Shown here: piece by piece, positions 1 through 8,338 of the stretch | Layout of the letters: the number at the start of each line of letters is the position of its first letter | How positions within the stretch are numbered: position 1 is the first letter of the stretch | Source of the DNA: a virus | Taxonomy: Duplodnaviria > Caudoviricetes | DNA length: 64,000 nt | Virus record (IMG/VR): IMGVR_UViG_3300027813_000012 | Location: 3,958-67,957 of that record | Direction: 5' to 3' (one strand) | Position numbers and translations under genes: made by a program | Notes under the pieces: model-generated | Database searches by the model: none | Seen by the model: the letters and a program-made list of their open reading frames with translations, nothing else | Told to the model about the DNA's origin: nothing

Positions 1-725
1 AGCTCTTGTTTTAAGGCGTTACCAGCTTCATCAGCATCGACTGCTAAAATTATCTTAGTCTTATCTTCAAAGTAATCTATACACGTGTCTAGATAATCTA
101 AGTTGTTTGTGTTAAGTGTAGCACCGTTAGGTACCGACACCGCATTCTTTATACCAGCTTCGTGTAAAGCTAATACATCCATTTCACCCTCAACAATCAC
201 ACAAGAATCATAACCAACTAAACTATTAATATTAAAAAATACTTTTTCGGCTCCTTTAAATAACTTAAAGTTTTTCCTGCCGTCTCTATATTTAATATTA
301 ATGAGTTGATCACCCATCATATAATTGAATTTAATTGTGTTCTCGGATTTCCCTGTTTGTGGCATAAACTCAGGACCCTCACTGACGTTACAGTCAGTAA
401 GAGTTTTCTGAGTAATACCTCTTGTTAAAAACCAATCTACAACTTTGCTACTTGGAGCTTTATACTCAACCGTCTCTGGCCTCATATAAACCTTTTCACT
501 AGCGCCTTTACGTTGGTACGTATGGAGCTGAAAACTAGTATTACAATTGTGACAAGTACCGAGACCCCGTTCCCAATCATAAGAAGCACATTTTGCTTTC
601 TGATTTTTGGGTTGTCTATCGTGTGAGCAAGAAGGGCAAATACCCTGAGTCTTACCAACGTCTAGACTATGTTGATTGAATTCGTCAATCAAAAATCCAT
701 TGATCTCTATTTCTTCTACCGTCAT
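1..725 (-). CDS. DNA primase-helicase (T7 gp4/Twinkle-like), N-terminal part; runs off window start
   Basis: Manual translation from ATG 725: MTVEEIEING..GICPSCSHDR..CHNC (Zn finger), IVEGEMDVLAL and ILAVDADEAG (TOPRIM). Not in ORF track because no stop in window. Confidence 0.9.
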   Translation of the reverse strand, partial: MTVEEIEINGFLIDEFNQHSLDVGKTQGICPSCSHDRQPKNQKAKCASYDWERGLGTCHNCNTSFQLHTYQRKGASEKVYMRPETVEYKAPSSKVVDWFLTRGITQKTLTDCNVSEGPEFMPQTGKSENTIKFNYMMGDQLINIKYRDGRKNFKLFKGAEKVFFNINSLVGYDSCVIVEGEMDVLALHEAGIKNAVSVPNGATLNTNNLDYLDTCIDYFEDKTKIILAVDADEAGNALKQE

Positions 726-743
726 TTAATTTAATTTAATTAT

Positions 744-833
744 TTATAATCCCTCTAAACAGTCTGGACATATATCTGAAAACAATAAGTCTTCTGGATC
801 AATGTCTTGTCCACACATTTCGCACTCACCCAT
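744..833 (-). CDS. 29-aa micro zinc-finger protein (CxxC-x14-CPxC)
   Basis: Manual translation MGECEMCGQDIDPEDLLFSDICPDCLEGL; start coupled to upstream stop (TAATG). Confidence 0.65.
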   Translation of the reverse strand: MGECEMCGQDIDPEDLLFSDICPDCLEGL

Positions 834-1147
834 TAAAAAGGTAGATCATCCGCGGGTGAAGGTGCTTGAGCTAGTTGTGGAGCTGCTTGCGCTCCTTCTC
901 TTGGTGCTGCGGCAACATTTTGGTCGTTTGTCCAAACCACTTTAACATTACCTAAGTAAACCTTTTCAACTTTAGCCTCTCTTTCTTCTTTGGACTGCTC
1001 AACTACAACTGGACCTTGATTTCCAAATTGGTCTAATTCATCGTTTATTGTAATTGTGATCGGTAAATACTTACCTTTCTTACCCATAAAGATCTTATCC
1101 TTTGGGATATTATTCAAGTTAATACTTGTTTTAATTATACTAGCCAT
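833..1147 (-). CDS. Single-stranded DNA-binding protein, Bacteroidota-phage type
   Basis: Low-complexity linker and C-terminal DDLPF tail; lies beside ERF and nuclease genes. Confidence 0.7.
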   Translation of the reverse strand: MASIIKTSINLNNIPKDKIFMGKKGKYLPITITINDELDQFGNQGPVVVEQSKEEREAKVEKVYLGNVKVVWTNDQNVAAAPREGAQAAPQLAQAPSPADDLPF

Positions 1148-1326
1148 TATACGTATTGATTAATTTGATTAAACATTCTAGACATCTGGTCCTTAGTGGC
1201 ACCTGATGACCTGCGTAGATTATCTACGGCTTTAACATGATTCTGATTTGTGTAAAAATTAGTGGTAGCTGTTTCAACTCCTGTTACACTACAGATTCTC
1301 GTCTCATTTTTTCTAGTTCTTTTCAT
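1147..1326 (-). CDS. Hypothetical protein (59 aa)
   Basis: Manual ORF MKRTRKNETRICSVTGVE..NQYV fills the gap; stop coupled to next ATG. Confidence 0.55.
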   Translation of the reverse strand: MKRTRKNETRICSVTGVETATTNFYTNQNHVKAVDNLRRSSGATKDQMSRMFNQINQYV

Positions 1327-1336
1327 TTAATTTAAT

Positions 1337-2068
1337 TTAAAGTGTTTTACTTATGAAATATTGTTTTGGGTCAAAACCCTCAGTGTCATAGAACAACTCA
1401 TAAGCGTCCATTGCTCTATTTACTTTATCTTTCCCAGATGCATAAAACTCATCTGAGCAGTCAAATATCCCTATTTGATGTGTCGTCTTGTCTATAACCA
1501 CAAATACCATATCATAACCAAATAGTTCTCTATAAACATAAGCTTGACTATCATAATTATATTTTGAGGCGCTCCATCTAAACTTAGATATGTCGCCTGT
1601 AGTTTTTAAATCAACAACAAGTTTGTCTTCATGATTAACAATATCAGCTTTTCCTTTCCACATATAATTACCTATTTTAGTAATTCCTGGAATTTCATAA
1701 TCAACCATACTAGGGTTAATTAATCCTTGGCATATATCATTATTCTTTACCTTCTCGGTCATCTTCTCTATCATATCAACCTCGTGTTGCAATAAACATA
1801 ATTCTCCACCTGACATCTCTTTGTATGCTTTAGTGTTTCTAGTTGTAGCTTCGATCACTTTATACTTCTTGAGCTTGTTTGGCTCTAGTATTGCTGTGTG
1901 AAAATAACCACCAACTAAAAATGCTGAAGTATTTTTCTGAGGTGCTCTATAATTTAAAGGGTTTGATAACAAAGTTCCAACGTCCGAGGAACTAAGATAC
2001 TTTCTTCCGAAGTCACCATAGTAATCCTCATCGTTTGATAACTTCTTTAAGACTTCTTTTTTATTCAT
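1337..2068 (-). CDS. PD-(D/E)XK exonuclease (RecE/ExoVIII-like)
   Basis: LSSSD, GGYFHTAILEP, KGKADIV..DLKTT, YDSQAYVY motifs. Confidence 0.85.
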   Translation of the reverse strand: MNKKEVLKKLSNDEDYYGDFGRKYLSSSDVGTLLSNPLNYRAPQKNTSAFLVGGYFHTAILEPNKLKKYKVIEATTRNTKAYKEMSGGELCLLQHEVDMIEKMTEKVKNNDICQGLINPSMVDYEIPGITKIGNYMWKGKADIVNHEDKLVVDLKTTGDISKFRWSASKYNYDSQAYVYRELFGYDMVFVVIDKTTHQIGIFDCSDEFYASGKDKVNRAMDAYELFYDTEGFDPKQYFISKTL

Positions 2069-2069
2069 A

Positions 2070-2588
2070 TTATAGTGTTAGTGCTTTCTCAATTGAATCG
2101 TTAATTTGGTATTTCTTTTTTATAGCAGCGATTGTTCCACCTGATTTAATATACTTTTTAGCTGCGGCCAAATCAAATTCTTTTGATACAGCTCCAGTTG
2201 GTGTATTAGTAGCATCACTATCTTGCGTATCATCAATAAGAAATAAATTACCTAATGCATACTTCTTAGCGTAAGATGATGCACTTCCAAATTGTTGAGG
2301 AGTTTGCATACCCTTTTGATTTAAGTCTACACCACATATTGCTTTGGCTTTTAACATTAAGCCTTTTTCATCGTGTATAGCAGCAGTCGCTTGTATTATA
2401 GGTATTGGTTCGTTTGTTAATAATTTCTCATTAACAGTAACCGTTACTTGATACTTGTTCAAAAATGGTTTTATTGCTTCGAGAATATCTTCGGCTGACC
2501 GAAAATAATACTTACCGAAAGAGTTAAACCTACTCTTTTTAGCTTTGAACTCAGTTTGAATTTGAGCTAATTTTGTTTGTAAAGTCAT
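2070..2588 (-). CDS. ERF-family ssDNA annealing protein
   Basis: SRFNSFGKYYFRSAEDI, QQFGSASSYAKKYALGNLFLIDD. Confidence 0.9.
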   Translation of the reverse strand: MTLQTKLAQIQTEFKAKKSRFNSFGKYYFRSAEDILEAIKPFLNKYQVTVTVNEKLLTNEPIPIIQATAAIHDEKGLMLKAKAICGVDLNQKGMQTPQQFGSASSYAKKYALGNLFLIDDTQDSDATNTPTGAVSKEFDLAAAKKYIKSGGTIAAIKKKYQINDSIEKALTL

Positions 2589-2604
2589 ATTTAATTGTTT
2601 TAGT

Positions 2605-2622
2605 CTATTATATAATTACACA
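2605..2622 (-). promoter_or_regulatory. Motif-2 copy (TGTRAYTAT-N4-5-TA) upstream of ERF gene
   Basis: TGTGTAATTATATAATAG; similar to 12182, 26811 and 45424, all intergenic. Confidence 0.4.
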
Positions 2623-2659
2623 ACGGTGAACACCATTTAACGTGTTTCCGCTCTATAAC

Positions 2660-3442
2660 TTAAAGATAATCAAGCACTTGCTCGTGATCGACGTTATCAA
2701 TAAGTTTTTGTACAGCTTGTCTTTTTAGCTGTGATACTCTAACGTAAGATGAACTGCCTTCTATTTTTAATTGGCTAGCTATTTCTTTTGCTGAATATTT
2801 TTCACTGTTTAAACCGTAACTCAATGTCAACACTTGGTATTCCCTTTCTGTTAGATGTCTTCTCAAAAGACTATCTAAATAAGCGTTTAATAATTGAACA
2901 TTGTATGGTTCTGATTTATCTGGTATTTGATGTGTCATATTCTCATCATCATTTGGCTTGTCATCTATACTCAGAAAAATAGAATTAAAAAACATTGAAA
3001 CCATTTTTTTATCTTTACCAAAGTTCCTACGTATTTCATTTAGCTTATGTTCAGGTATTCTCATGTCACCACGATTAATATCTATTGCTCTACGTATTTG
3101 TCCTCTTATTCGTTTAGATAAAAACGATTTTATTGTTTTTTCTTGATCTTCAGATGCCTTAAGCAGTAACATATCTAACCGATCTACTGCTTTAATTAAA
3201 CCTGAACTACCTTCTTGTATTAGGTCATTTATTGTCATAACACCAGAGGCTTGTTGTGTTGTGGAGAACTTCCTAGCTATATTTTCTACCAAAGGCAGAA
3301 ACATGGTTATGGCTTGTTCTTTGTTTAGATTAGTAAATTCGTTATTTTCTGCATCATCTTTAAGATGTGCTGGAAGAGCTCTTATAGATGCGGTGATGTC
3401 TTTCTTCCACCTAACATAATTTACAACGTTATATTTCTTCAT
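2660..3442 (-). CDS. Phage-encoded RNA polymerase sigma70-family factor
   Basis: Region 2 (LPLVENIARKF, DLIQEGSSGLIKAVDR, KRIRGQIRRAI) and region 4 HTH (LTEREYQVL..KEIA..RVSQLKRQAVQKL). Confidence 0.9.
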   Translation of the reverse strand: MKKYNVVNYVRWKKDITASIRALPAHLKDDAENNEFTNLNKEQAITMFLPLVENIARKFSTTQQASGVMTINDLIQEGSSGLIKAVDRLDMLLLKASEDQEKTIKSFLSKRIRGQIRRAIDINRGDMRIPEHKLNEIRRNFGKDKKMVSMFFNSIFLSIDDKPNDDENMTHQIPDKSEPYNVQLLNAYLDSLLRRHLTEREYQVLTLSYGLNSEKYSAKEIASQLKIEGSSSYVRVSQLKRQAVQKLIDNVDHEQVLDYL

Positions 3443-4037
3443 TTAGTAATGTTTTTTCTTGTTTTAAATCGTTACACATGTTTCTGTAAATTGTTCTTTG
3501 TGACACACCTAGTAGATTTGACATTAAACGAGTTGTTATTTTTTGATCCATGTGATTAATATCTAACATGCATTGATAAATCGTTTCTTTATTTAGTTTG
3601 CTTCTACCTATTAACTGTCCTACAATTTTTAACTTACCACTCAAGTCTAATCCTGAGTAATCTTTGAAAATTACCTTACGTAATTTATTGGAAGGCGGTT
3701 CGCCACCCTGTCTAATAACGTCTTTTATCATGCCATTTAATATTATGTCTTTGATAAAAAATGTTACAAAACCATTATCTTTATTAGCTATATATTTACA
3801 TAAAGCTGTAAAGTTTGATTCTTCTTCGTTTAAATAATACAAAACTAAGAAGTGCCACTTTAAAGATTTATAAGTAGTTATCTTAGCCTTACTGTTAAAT
3901 AAATGGTAGCATTCATATGTACCATTCTCGTAATAAGAATAGTCTTCTGTATCTATAGTAGGTGTATCACTAATAGGATCTCTTCTATATACGATACGCT
4001 TATCATTTAACCATTGTATTCTTCTTTGTTGTGACAT
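3429..4037 (-). CDS. Hypothetical DNA-binding protein with C-terminal HTH
   Basis: C-terminal ITTRLMSNLLGVSQRTIYRNM HTH-like pattern. Confidence 0.55.
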   Translation of the reverse strand: MSQQRRIQWLNDKRIVYRRDPISDTPTIDTEDYSYYENGTYECYHLFNSKAKITTYKSLKWHFLVLYYLNEEESNFTALCKYIANKDNGFVTFFIKDIILNGMIKDVIRQGGEPPSNKLRKVIFKDYSGLDLSGKLKIVGQLIGRSKLNKETIYQCMLDINHMDQKITTRLMSNLLGVSQRTIYRNMCNDLKQEKTLLNEEI

Positions 4038-4177
4038 TAGCCCGTTACTATTAAGTCTTTAGAGGCTGTTGTCATGGTACTTGGTTTTAAGGTTGAAAAA
4101 ATAATACTATTATTTTTAGGTACCACATAATGGGATCTTCCAAGTTTAATAAATTTGTTTTTTAATGTTTTAGTCAT
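4037..4177 (-). CDS. Hypothetical protein (46 aa)
   Basis: Manual ORF MTKTLKNKFIKLGRSH..LIVTG; TAATG coupling. Confidence 0.4.
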   Translation of the reverse strand: MTKTLKNKFIKLGRSHYVVPKNNSIIFSTLKPSTMTTASKDLIVTG

Positions 4178-4526
4178 TGCTTATGCGGCTATTTATGATT
4201 GTTATTTTTACGTTATTCCATTTCCCTCCTTTTACGTTTTTATTAACTAGGAAGTCTATTCTATTAGTCCATCTTTTATTCATTCTGTCTTCTACAGTCC
4301 ATTCGCCATCTAACTGTCCTGCTCCTTCAACGCAAACTCTAGTACCAAACACAAAGCCGTGTTGTTCTAGATCTCTAGATACCGCTATCCAGCGGTGACC
4401 TTGAGGATTAGCCTCATTAATAGTTTTTAATGAAGCTGTGGTTAAATAGTCCGCGTTAGTTTGAGCAGGATCAGCATGGTATATTGTCGCTGTAACCAAC
4501 AGTATTTTCAATGTATTTAGTATCAT
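4170..4526 (-). CDS. 3D (Asp-Asp-Asp) domain protein, MltA/RlpA-like
   Basis: ATIYH..TTAS..WIAVSRDL..FGTRV..VEDRM..RIDF; hydrophobic N-terminus. Confidence 0.75.
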   Translation of the reverse strand: MILNTLKILLVTATIYHADPAQTNADYLTTASLKTINEANPQGHRWIAVSRDLEQHGFVFGTRVCVEGAGQLDGEWTVEDRMNKRWTNRIDFLVNKNVKGGKWNNVKITIINSRISND

Positions 4527-4986
4527 ATATTGTTTCTTTGTGATGCGCTATGTTTTTCTTTTCGTGTACGTAGTATAGCCAGTATGCGTGTATAGCACTT
4601 TCACGCTTGTATTCATCAGGCATACACTGAGGAGGTTCTGTAAAACCAGTGTGTAATATACCATCAGGGTATTTAGCTAGTGGTTCTTTACATTTAGTAA
4701 TTGATAAATGTGTTTTACCATATCGTTTAGTGTATTCATCACCTAAAGCTAGCATGTGATAATATAACCACAAGTAATTACTAGCGCTTTGTCTAACCCA
4801 CCTTGTAGATGGGTGATTGACATGAGCTTTTTTATAAGGCACCCATTCAGTTTCATAGTCAAGACCATGACAATGGTGTGCCGTACAAAGCATTTGAGCT
4901 GATTCTAAGATCATCTTGACAACGTGTTTGTTGTATTGTACCTGTGCAGCTTTAACTGGGTCTTTATCTAAATAAAATATATTCAT
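4471..4986 (-). CDS. Pyrimidine-dimer DNA glycosylase (DenV-like family)
   Basis: MNIFYLD..KHVVKMILESAQMLCTAH, HVNHPSTRW, PPQCMPDEYK. Confidence 0.8.
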   Translation of the reverse strand: MNIFYLDKDPVKAAQVQYNKHVVKMILESAQMLCTAHHCHGLDYETEWVPYKKAHVNHPSTRWVRQSASNYLWLYYHMLALGDEYTKRYGKTHLSITKCKEPLAKYPDGILHTGFTEPPQCMPDEYKRESAIHAYWLYYVHEKKNIAHHKETIYDTKYIENTVGYSDNIPC

Positions 4987-5093
4987 CTGTATCTAGTTTT
5001 GTCTACTCTATTATAATGTTGATCAAGTAGCATGTTGGCAATCTCCATGCTGATCATATTATCGTTGTATAATTGCCACACTAATTTACTCAT
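4983..5093 (-). CDS. Hypothetical protein (36 aa)
   Basis: Manual ORF MSKLVWQLYNDNMISMEIANMLLDQHYNRVDKTRYR; ATGA coupling. Confidence 0.45.
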   Translation of the reverse strand: MSKLVWQLYNDNMISMEIANMLLDQHYNRVDKTRYR

Positions 5094-5205
5094 AGCTTTC
5101 AGATCTATTAGGGTCGTCACGGCATTCAGGGCATATATCACAAAAATTGTGTTCATCTTCTGTCATAGTTTCTTTACAGAAGGCACATTTATATATATCA
5201 TTCAT
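5086..5205 (-). CDS. 39-aa micro zinc-finger protein (CxxC-x14-CPxC)
   Basis: Manual translation MNDIYKCAFCKETMTEDEHNFCDICPECRDDPNRSESYE. Confidence 0.65.
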   Translation of the reverse strand: MNDIYKCAFCKETMTEDEHNFCDICPECRDDPNRSESYE

Positions 5206-6040
5206 AGTTACGAATAGTTTTAAACATTGGATGTCTGTAACTACCATATTGAGTACGTTCGAAATATGTAAACGTAGCTCTTTGACCTATGTAGTCATGA
5301 ATGTTGTTAAGTATATCTGCTAAGTCTTTGTAGTTGTAGCCTTTACCAGGAGGACAACCAAACTTATTACCGTCGTCATCTTGCATAAAGAATTTGCCAA
5401 GAGTACCTTCACGCTTGCCTTTACCTTCTTCATAGCCAACAATTAGAGCTTCAGTATCATGAAAGTCTTTAAACTTTTGCAAGTTATAAGAACGTTTACG
5501 TTGATATGGACCATCTAAACGCAGTATAGAGCCTTCGTAGCCATCAGCTAAATTTCTAGAATGATAAACTCTAGCATCATCCATTCTTAATACTAGGTTT
5601 GTTTGCACATATTTAACACAGTAAGAGTAAAAATCACTACAAACAAGATTATTCATACGTATACCATAACTGTCTTCAGTATTTGCGTAGTCATAACAAT
5701 GAAATTGTACTAATTCTTTTGAATCTAGCCTATCAGAGTCAGTCGGTTTTTGTTTTCTGACTAATGATATGATCTTTTCGAAATTGTCTCTTAGATCATG
5801 ATTATACAACTCACCGTCTAGTATCATGTCAGGGTTTAAGTCAAATGAAGGTTTTAAGTCTTCTAGTATATGAGCTATATTCAGCCAAGGTTTACCTGTA
5901 CGTGAATAAGCATATACGTTACCTTTGTCATCGAGTTGAATTACGCACCTAACGCCATCTAGCTTAGGTTGTATAAATACATTCTCGGACCAGTCGACAG
6001 GTTTTTTGTCTACTTTGTATGCGAGCATTGGTTTAATCAT
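5198..6040 (-). CDS. ATP-dependent DNA ligase
   Basis: QPKLDGVR (motif I), ILDGELY, GYEGSILR, LQKFKDF. Confidence 0.95.
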   Translation of the reverse strand: MIKPMLAYKVDKKPVDWSENVFIQPKLDGVRCVIQLDDKGNVYAYSRTGKPWLNIAHILEDLKPSFDLNPDMILDGELYNHDLRDNFEKIISLVRKQKPTDSDRLDSKELVQFHCYDYANTEDSYGIRMNNLVCSDFYSYCVKYVQTNLVLRMDDARVYHSRNLADGYEGSILRLDGPYQRKRSYNLQKFKDFHDTEALIVGYEEGKGKREGTLGKFFMQDDDGNKFGCPPGKGYNYKDLADILNNIHDYIGQRATFTYFERTQYGSYRHPMFKTIRNYE

Positions 6041-6054
6041 ATTGTTTTTATTTA

Positions 6055-6088
6055 TTATATTATCGAATTGTGTTCGTATTTTGTTTGT
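6055..6088 (-). promoter_or_regulatory. Motif-1 copy 1 (TACGA-N7-nCGATWAT), probable phage promoter
   Basis: ACAAACAAAA-TACGA-ACACAAT-TCGATAATATAA just upstream of ligase. Confidence 0.75.
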
Positions 6089-6090
6089 TT

Positions 6091-6384
6091 TTAAAGCTTA
6101 TCTAACTTGTTTTGTATAATTTCTAGCTTTCTTTTTATTATTGCCGCCTTCATATACTCTTCTTTTTCTTCATATAAAGACAACAAAGTCATTAACCTTG
6201 CTAGTTCAGATATAAAAAACTCTTCATCAGTCTCTTTAAATGGGACATAGCCTCTTAACAGCTCGTCTACACTCATAGGACTAACGGCGTGAACTTCGTT
6301 TTTCATTCTAAGCAGTAGTTTGTCCATTATTAATTCTGTAATTGTTTCTAAATACTCCTCGGTGAAATCCTCGTTATCCGTCAT
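6091..6384 (-). CDS. Hypothetical acidic protein
   Basis: ORF track; fits packed minus-strand block. Confidence 0.6.
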   Translation of the reverse strand: MTDNEDFTEEYLETITELIMDKLLLRMKNEVHAVSPMSVDELLRGYVPFKETDEEFFISELARLMTLLSLYEEKEEYMKAAIIKRKLEIIQNKLDKL

Positions 6385-6850
6385 AGTTAATTTTTAGTTT
6401 TTTATCCCAATCCGTATAGTCTGCGTCTGGGTATTCGTCTTTTTTAAACTTTGTAAGTAATTTGTCAGCCAATCCAACGAACACACAAGTGTGCGTGTAG
6501 TTGTTATATATACTAACCCAAGGTTCGTGCATTGATTTTGTCCATATAATATAAGTGTAGTTAACATCAATTTCAATATTACTAGGATACAAGTATTGAC
6601 TGTCATAGTGGAAATCGTGCACTAGCTGTGCTGATACCCTACTGGGATCACTTAATTTCCAACCCTCACCTTTCTTATGCTCTATCCAGTTGGCTAACTC
6701 AACACCTCTCCACGAAGGATAACCATCGTGGTGCAGGTACATGTTAACATAACTTTTGTTTTTAACCTCTTCTGGGTTACAGGCGAATCCTTCTTGTTGG
6801 TATTCCGCCCATTCTCTGTCTATCACTAGTACGTTTGCTCTTGTGCTCAT
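6374..6850 (-). CDS. Hypothetical phage protein with YxHxDGYP motif
   Basis: NMYLHHDGYPSWRG, a motif recurrent in phage early proteins. Confidence 0.6.
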   Translation of the reverse strand: MSTRANVLVIDREWAEYQQEGFACNPEEVKNKSYVNMYLHHDGYPSWRGVELANWIEHKKGEGWKLSDPSRVSAQLVHDFHYDSQYLYPSNIEIDVNYTYIIWTKSMHEPWVSIYNNYTHTCVFVGLADKLLTKFKKDEYPDADYTDWDKKLKINYDG

Positions 6851-6854
6851 AATT

Positions 6855-7148
6855 TTAATCTAATAGTTTCATGAAAGCTTTTGGGTTGGCTTCTCTAAAC
6901 CAGTCCATTGCTTTGTCTTTTTCTTTTGATAGTCTGTTGACTATGTTGTCCATAACTTCGTGCTGATAGTTCTGCTCTATGGTATATGTTGCTCCCATAA
7001 TGAAGTCATACATGCTACATTCTGGGCCAGTTAACTCGCAACTTTCACCCGTGAATGGATTTTCTACTGTTTCGGGATTATCGTACCACGAACCATTGAA
7101 CCATGAAGGTTTCTCTTGACTAATCTTCATCTTCTTCGTATTTGTCAT
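6855..7148 (-). CDS. Hypothetical protein (start 7148 or 7130)
   Basis: ORF track trimmed to plausible start; VENPFTGESCEL. Confidence 0.55.
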   Translation of the reverse strand: MTNTKKMKISQEKPSWFNGSWYDNPETVENPFTGESCELTGPECSMYDFIMGATYTIEQNYQHEVMDNIVNRLSKEKDKAMDWFREANPKAFMKLLD

Positions 7149-7590
7149 ATCCTCCAGATGCTTCAAGTAGTTCATTTTTCTTATCTTCAAAACACCTAGC
7201 ATAGTGGTTGTCGTAACACAGAGTGAATCCATATTCTATTTCTGATTCCATTTCTTCAGCTATATATGGGTCAATCCAAACTTTACCTCCGGCTTTCATA
7301 GCGTCTATAGATCTATCCATAAACTCTTGAGTGTTGGAGTAATACCAAACATCACTGTCCCATACCACTCTTCCTTCGTGGTTGTCAGTCACTATGTATA
7401 AATCATAGCTGTCTGCTGTATTTTCAGTATACACTATAAGGTCTTCATCTCCATCAGCCCAATCATTTATGATATTAAAACCAGCATCCCAGACTTCTAG
7501 CATAACCTCTTGTGCTTTCGATGGCACAACTTCGTTGAGTAAACCCTCTTTTTTAAGCTCTTTTATTACTTTTTCTTTTGTTAGCATCAT
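7120..7590 (-). CDS. Hypothetical acidic protein
   Basis: ORF track. Confidence 0.6.
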   Translation of the reverse strand: MMLTKEKVIKELKKEGLLNEVVPSKAQEVMLEVWDAGFNIINDWADGDEDLIVYTENTADSYDLYIVTDNHEGRVVWDSDVWYYSNTQEFMDRSIDAMKAGGKVWIDPYIAEEMESEIEYGFTLCYDNHYARCFEDKKNELLEASGGYDKYEEDED

Positions 7591-7591
7591 T

Positions 7592-7831
7592 TTAATAATC
7601 TTTATCTATTATGTTAGTTCCATAAGCTACTGAATCGTAGCTGTATTCTCTTACGTTACCATAAGTATATAGACATCTTATTTGGTCTATAGTTAGTTCC
7701 CACCATCCGTCTGAGCTCATTAGCACATACTTTAGTTTTTTAGCACTACTGTATTGTCTAGCGCTTGCTCTTAGTTCTGACTTTACCTCTGGTAAAAGTC
7801 TGTCGAAAATTGATTTTGTTTTGTATTTCAT
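7592..7831 (-). CDS. Hypothetical protein (start MKYKTKSIF)
   Basis: Longer track ORF overlaps tRNA-Gly; ATG 7831 follows a motif-1 copy. Confidence 0.65.
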   Translation of the reverse strand: MKYKTKSIFDRLLPEVKSELRASARQYSSAKKLKYVLMSSDGWWELTIDQIRCLYTYGNVREYSYDSVAYGTNIIDKDY

Positions 7832-7833
7832 AT

Positions 7834-7868
7834 TTATATAATCGTTTTGATTTCGTATTTTGTTTGTA
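7834..7868 (-). promoter_or_regulatory. Motif-1 copy 2
   Basis: TACAAACAAAA-TACGA-AATCAAA-ACGATTATATAA. Confidence 0.75.
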
Positions 7869-7878
7869 ATTCTGTTTG

Positions 7879-7951
7879 AGCGAAAAGTGGGACTCGAACC
7901 CACAACATTCACCTTGGAAGGGTGATGCTCTACCAATTGAGCTATTTTCGC
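7879..7951 (-). tRNA. tRNA-Gly(TCC)
   Basis: GCGAAAA/TTTTCGC acceptor, TCACC-CTTCCAA-GGTGA anticodon arm, GTGGG-TTCGAGT-CCCAC T arm, U73; CCA not encoded. Confidence 0.95.
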
Positions 7952-7957
7952 TGTTAG

Positions 7958-8031
7958 GTGCGCCAGGAGGATTCGAACCTCCGACCTCTAGGTTATGAGC
8001 CTAGCGAGCTGACCATCTGCTCTACAGCGCA
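7958..8031 (-). tRNA. tRNA-Met(CAT), initiator-like D arm
   Basis: CTAGG-CTCATAA-CCTAG anticodon arm, GAGC/GCTC D stem (A11:U24), GGAGG-TTCGAAT-CCTCC T arm. Confidence 0.9.
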
Positions 8032-8037
8032 ATAAGT

Positions 8038-8115
8038 TACCGGTTGTCACTACGACTGGCTTTGTACAAAAGAACCTTAAGGAAGCCAAGGCGTCGATTT
8101 ACTGTTAAACCGGTA
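8038..8115 (-). ncRNA. 78-nt structured element B in RNA array
   Basis: Nested stems TACCGGTT/AACCGGTA, CGAC/GTCG, TGGCTT/AAGCCA; no ORF. Confidence 0.55.
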
Positions 8116-8120
8116 TTTAG

Positions 8121-8213
8121 TGGAAGTGGGCGGAATCGAACCGCCGTTTTGAAACATTCCTGAGTTCATAACGATCCCTCACCAGTTCAGTTTCAACTTA
8201 CCTTATCACTCCC
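8121..8213 (-). ncRNA. 93-nt tmRNA-like tRNA-like domain (Ala identity) with no mRNA-like region
   Basis: GGGAGTG/CACTTCC acceptor with G3:U70 and A73, stemless D-loop, TTGAAAC/GTTTCAA helix, 3-nt linker, GGCGG-TTCGATT-CCGCC T arm. Confidence 0.7.
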
Positions 8214-8216
8214 TTT

Positions 8217-8294
8217 TCGAGGTGCCAGTCGCGGACCGGTACTAACTAGTATTATGCTTTATCCGCGCTTTTGACCAGTATGCCGCCACCTCGA
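8217..8294 (-). ncRNA. 78-nt structured element A in RNA array
   Basis: Nested stems TCGAGGTG/CACCTCGA, CTGGTC/GACTGG, GCGGA/TCCGC, TACT/AGTA; no ORF. Confidence 0.55.
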
Positions 8295-8338
8295 TTGCTA
8301 GCTATTCAGTTATGTGTAGTGCAATACTACCTGTTAAC

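Noticed and set aside
7832-7936. N-terminal extension of track ORF 7592-7936
   Set aside because: Overlaps tRNA-Gly and a motif-1 copy; the true start is probably 7831
8081-8092. GGAAGCCAAGGC resembling SRP 4.5S RNA
   Set aside because: Conserved CAGG/AGCAG internal loop is missing and it lies on the opposite strand to the array
8217-8294. Element A as a degenerate tRNA-Leu/Ser
   Set aside because: No T arm or TTCRA loop and no 7-nt anticodon loop
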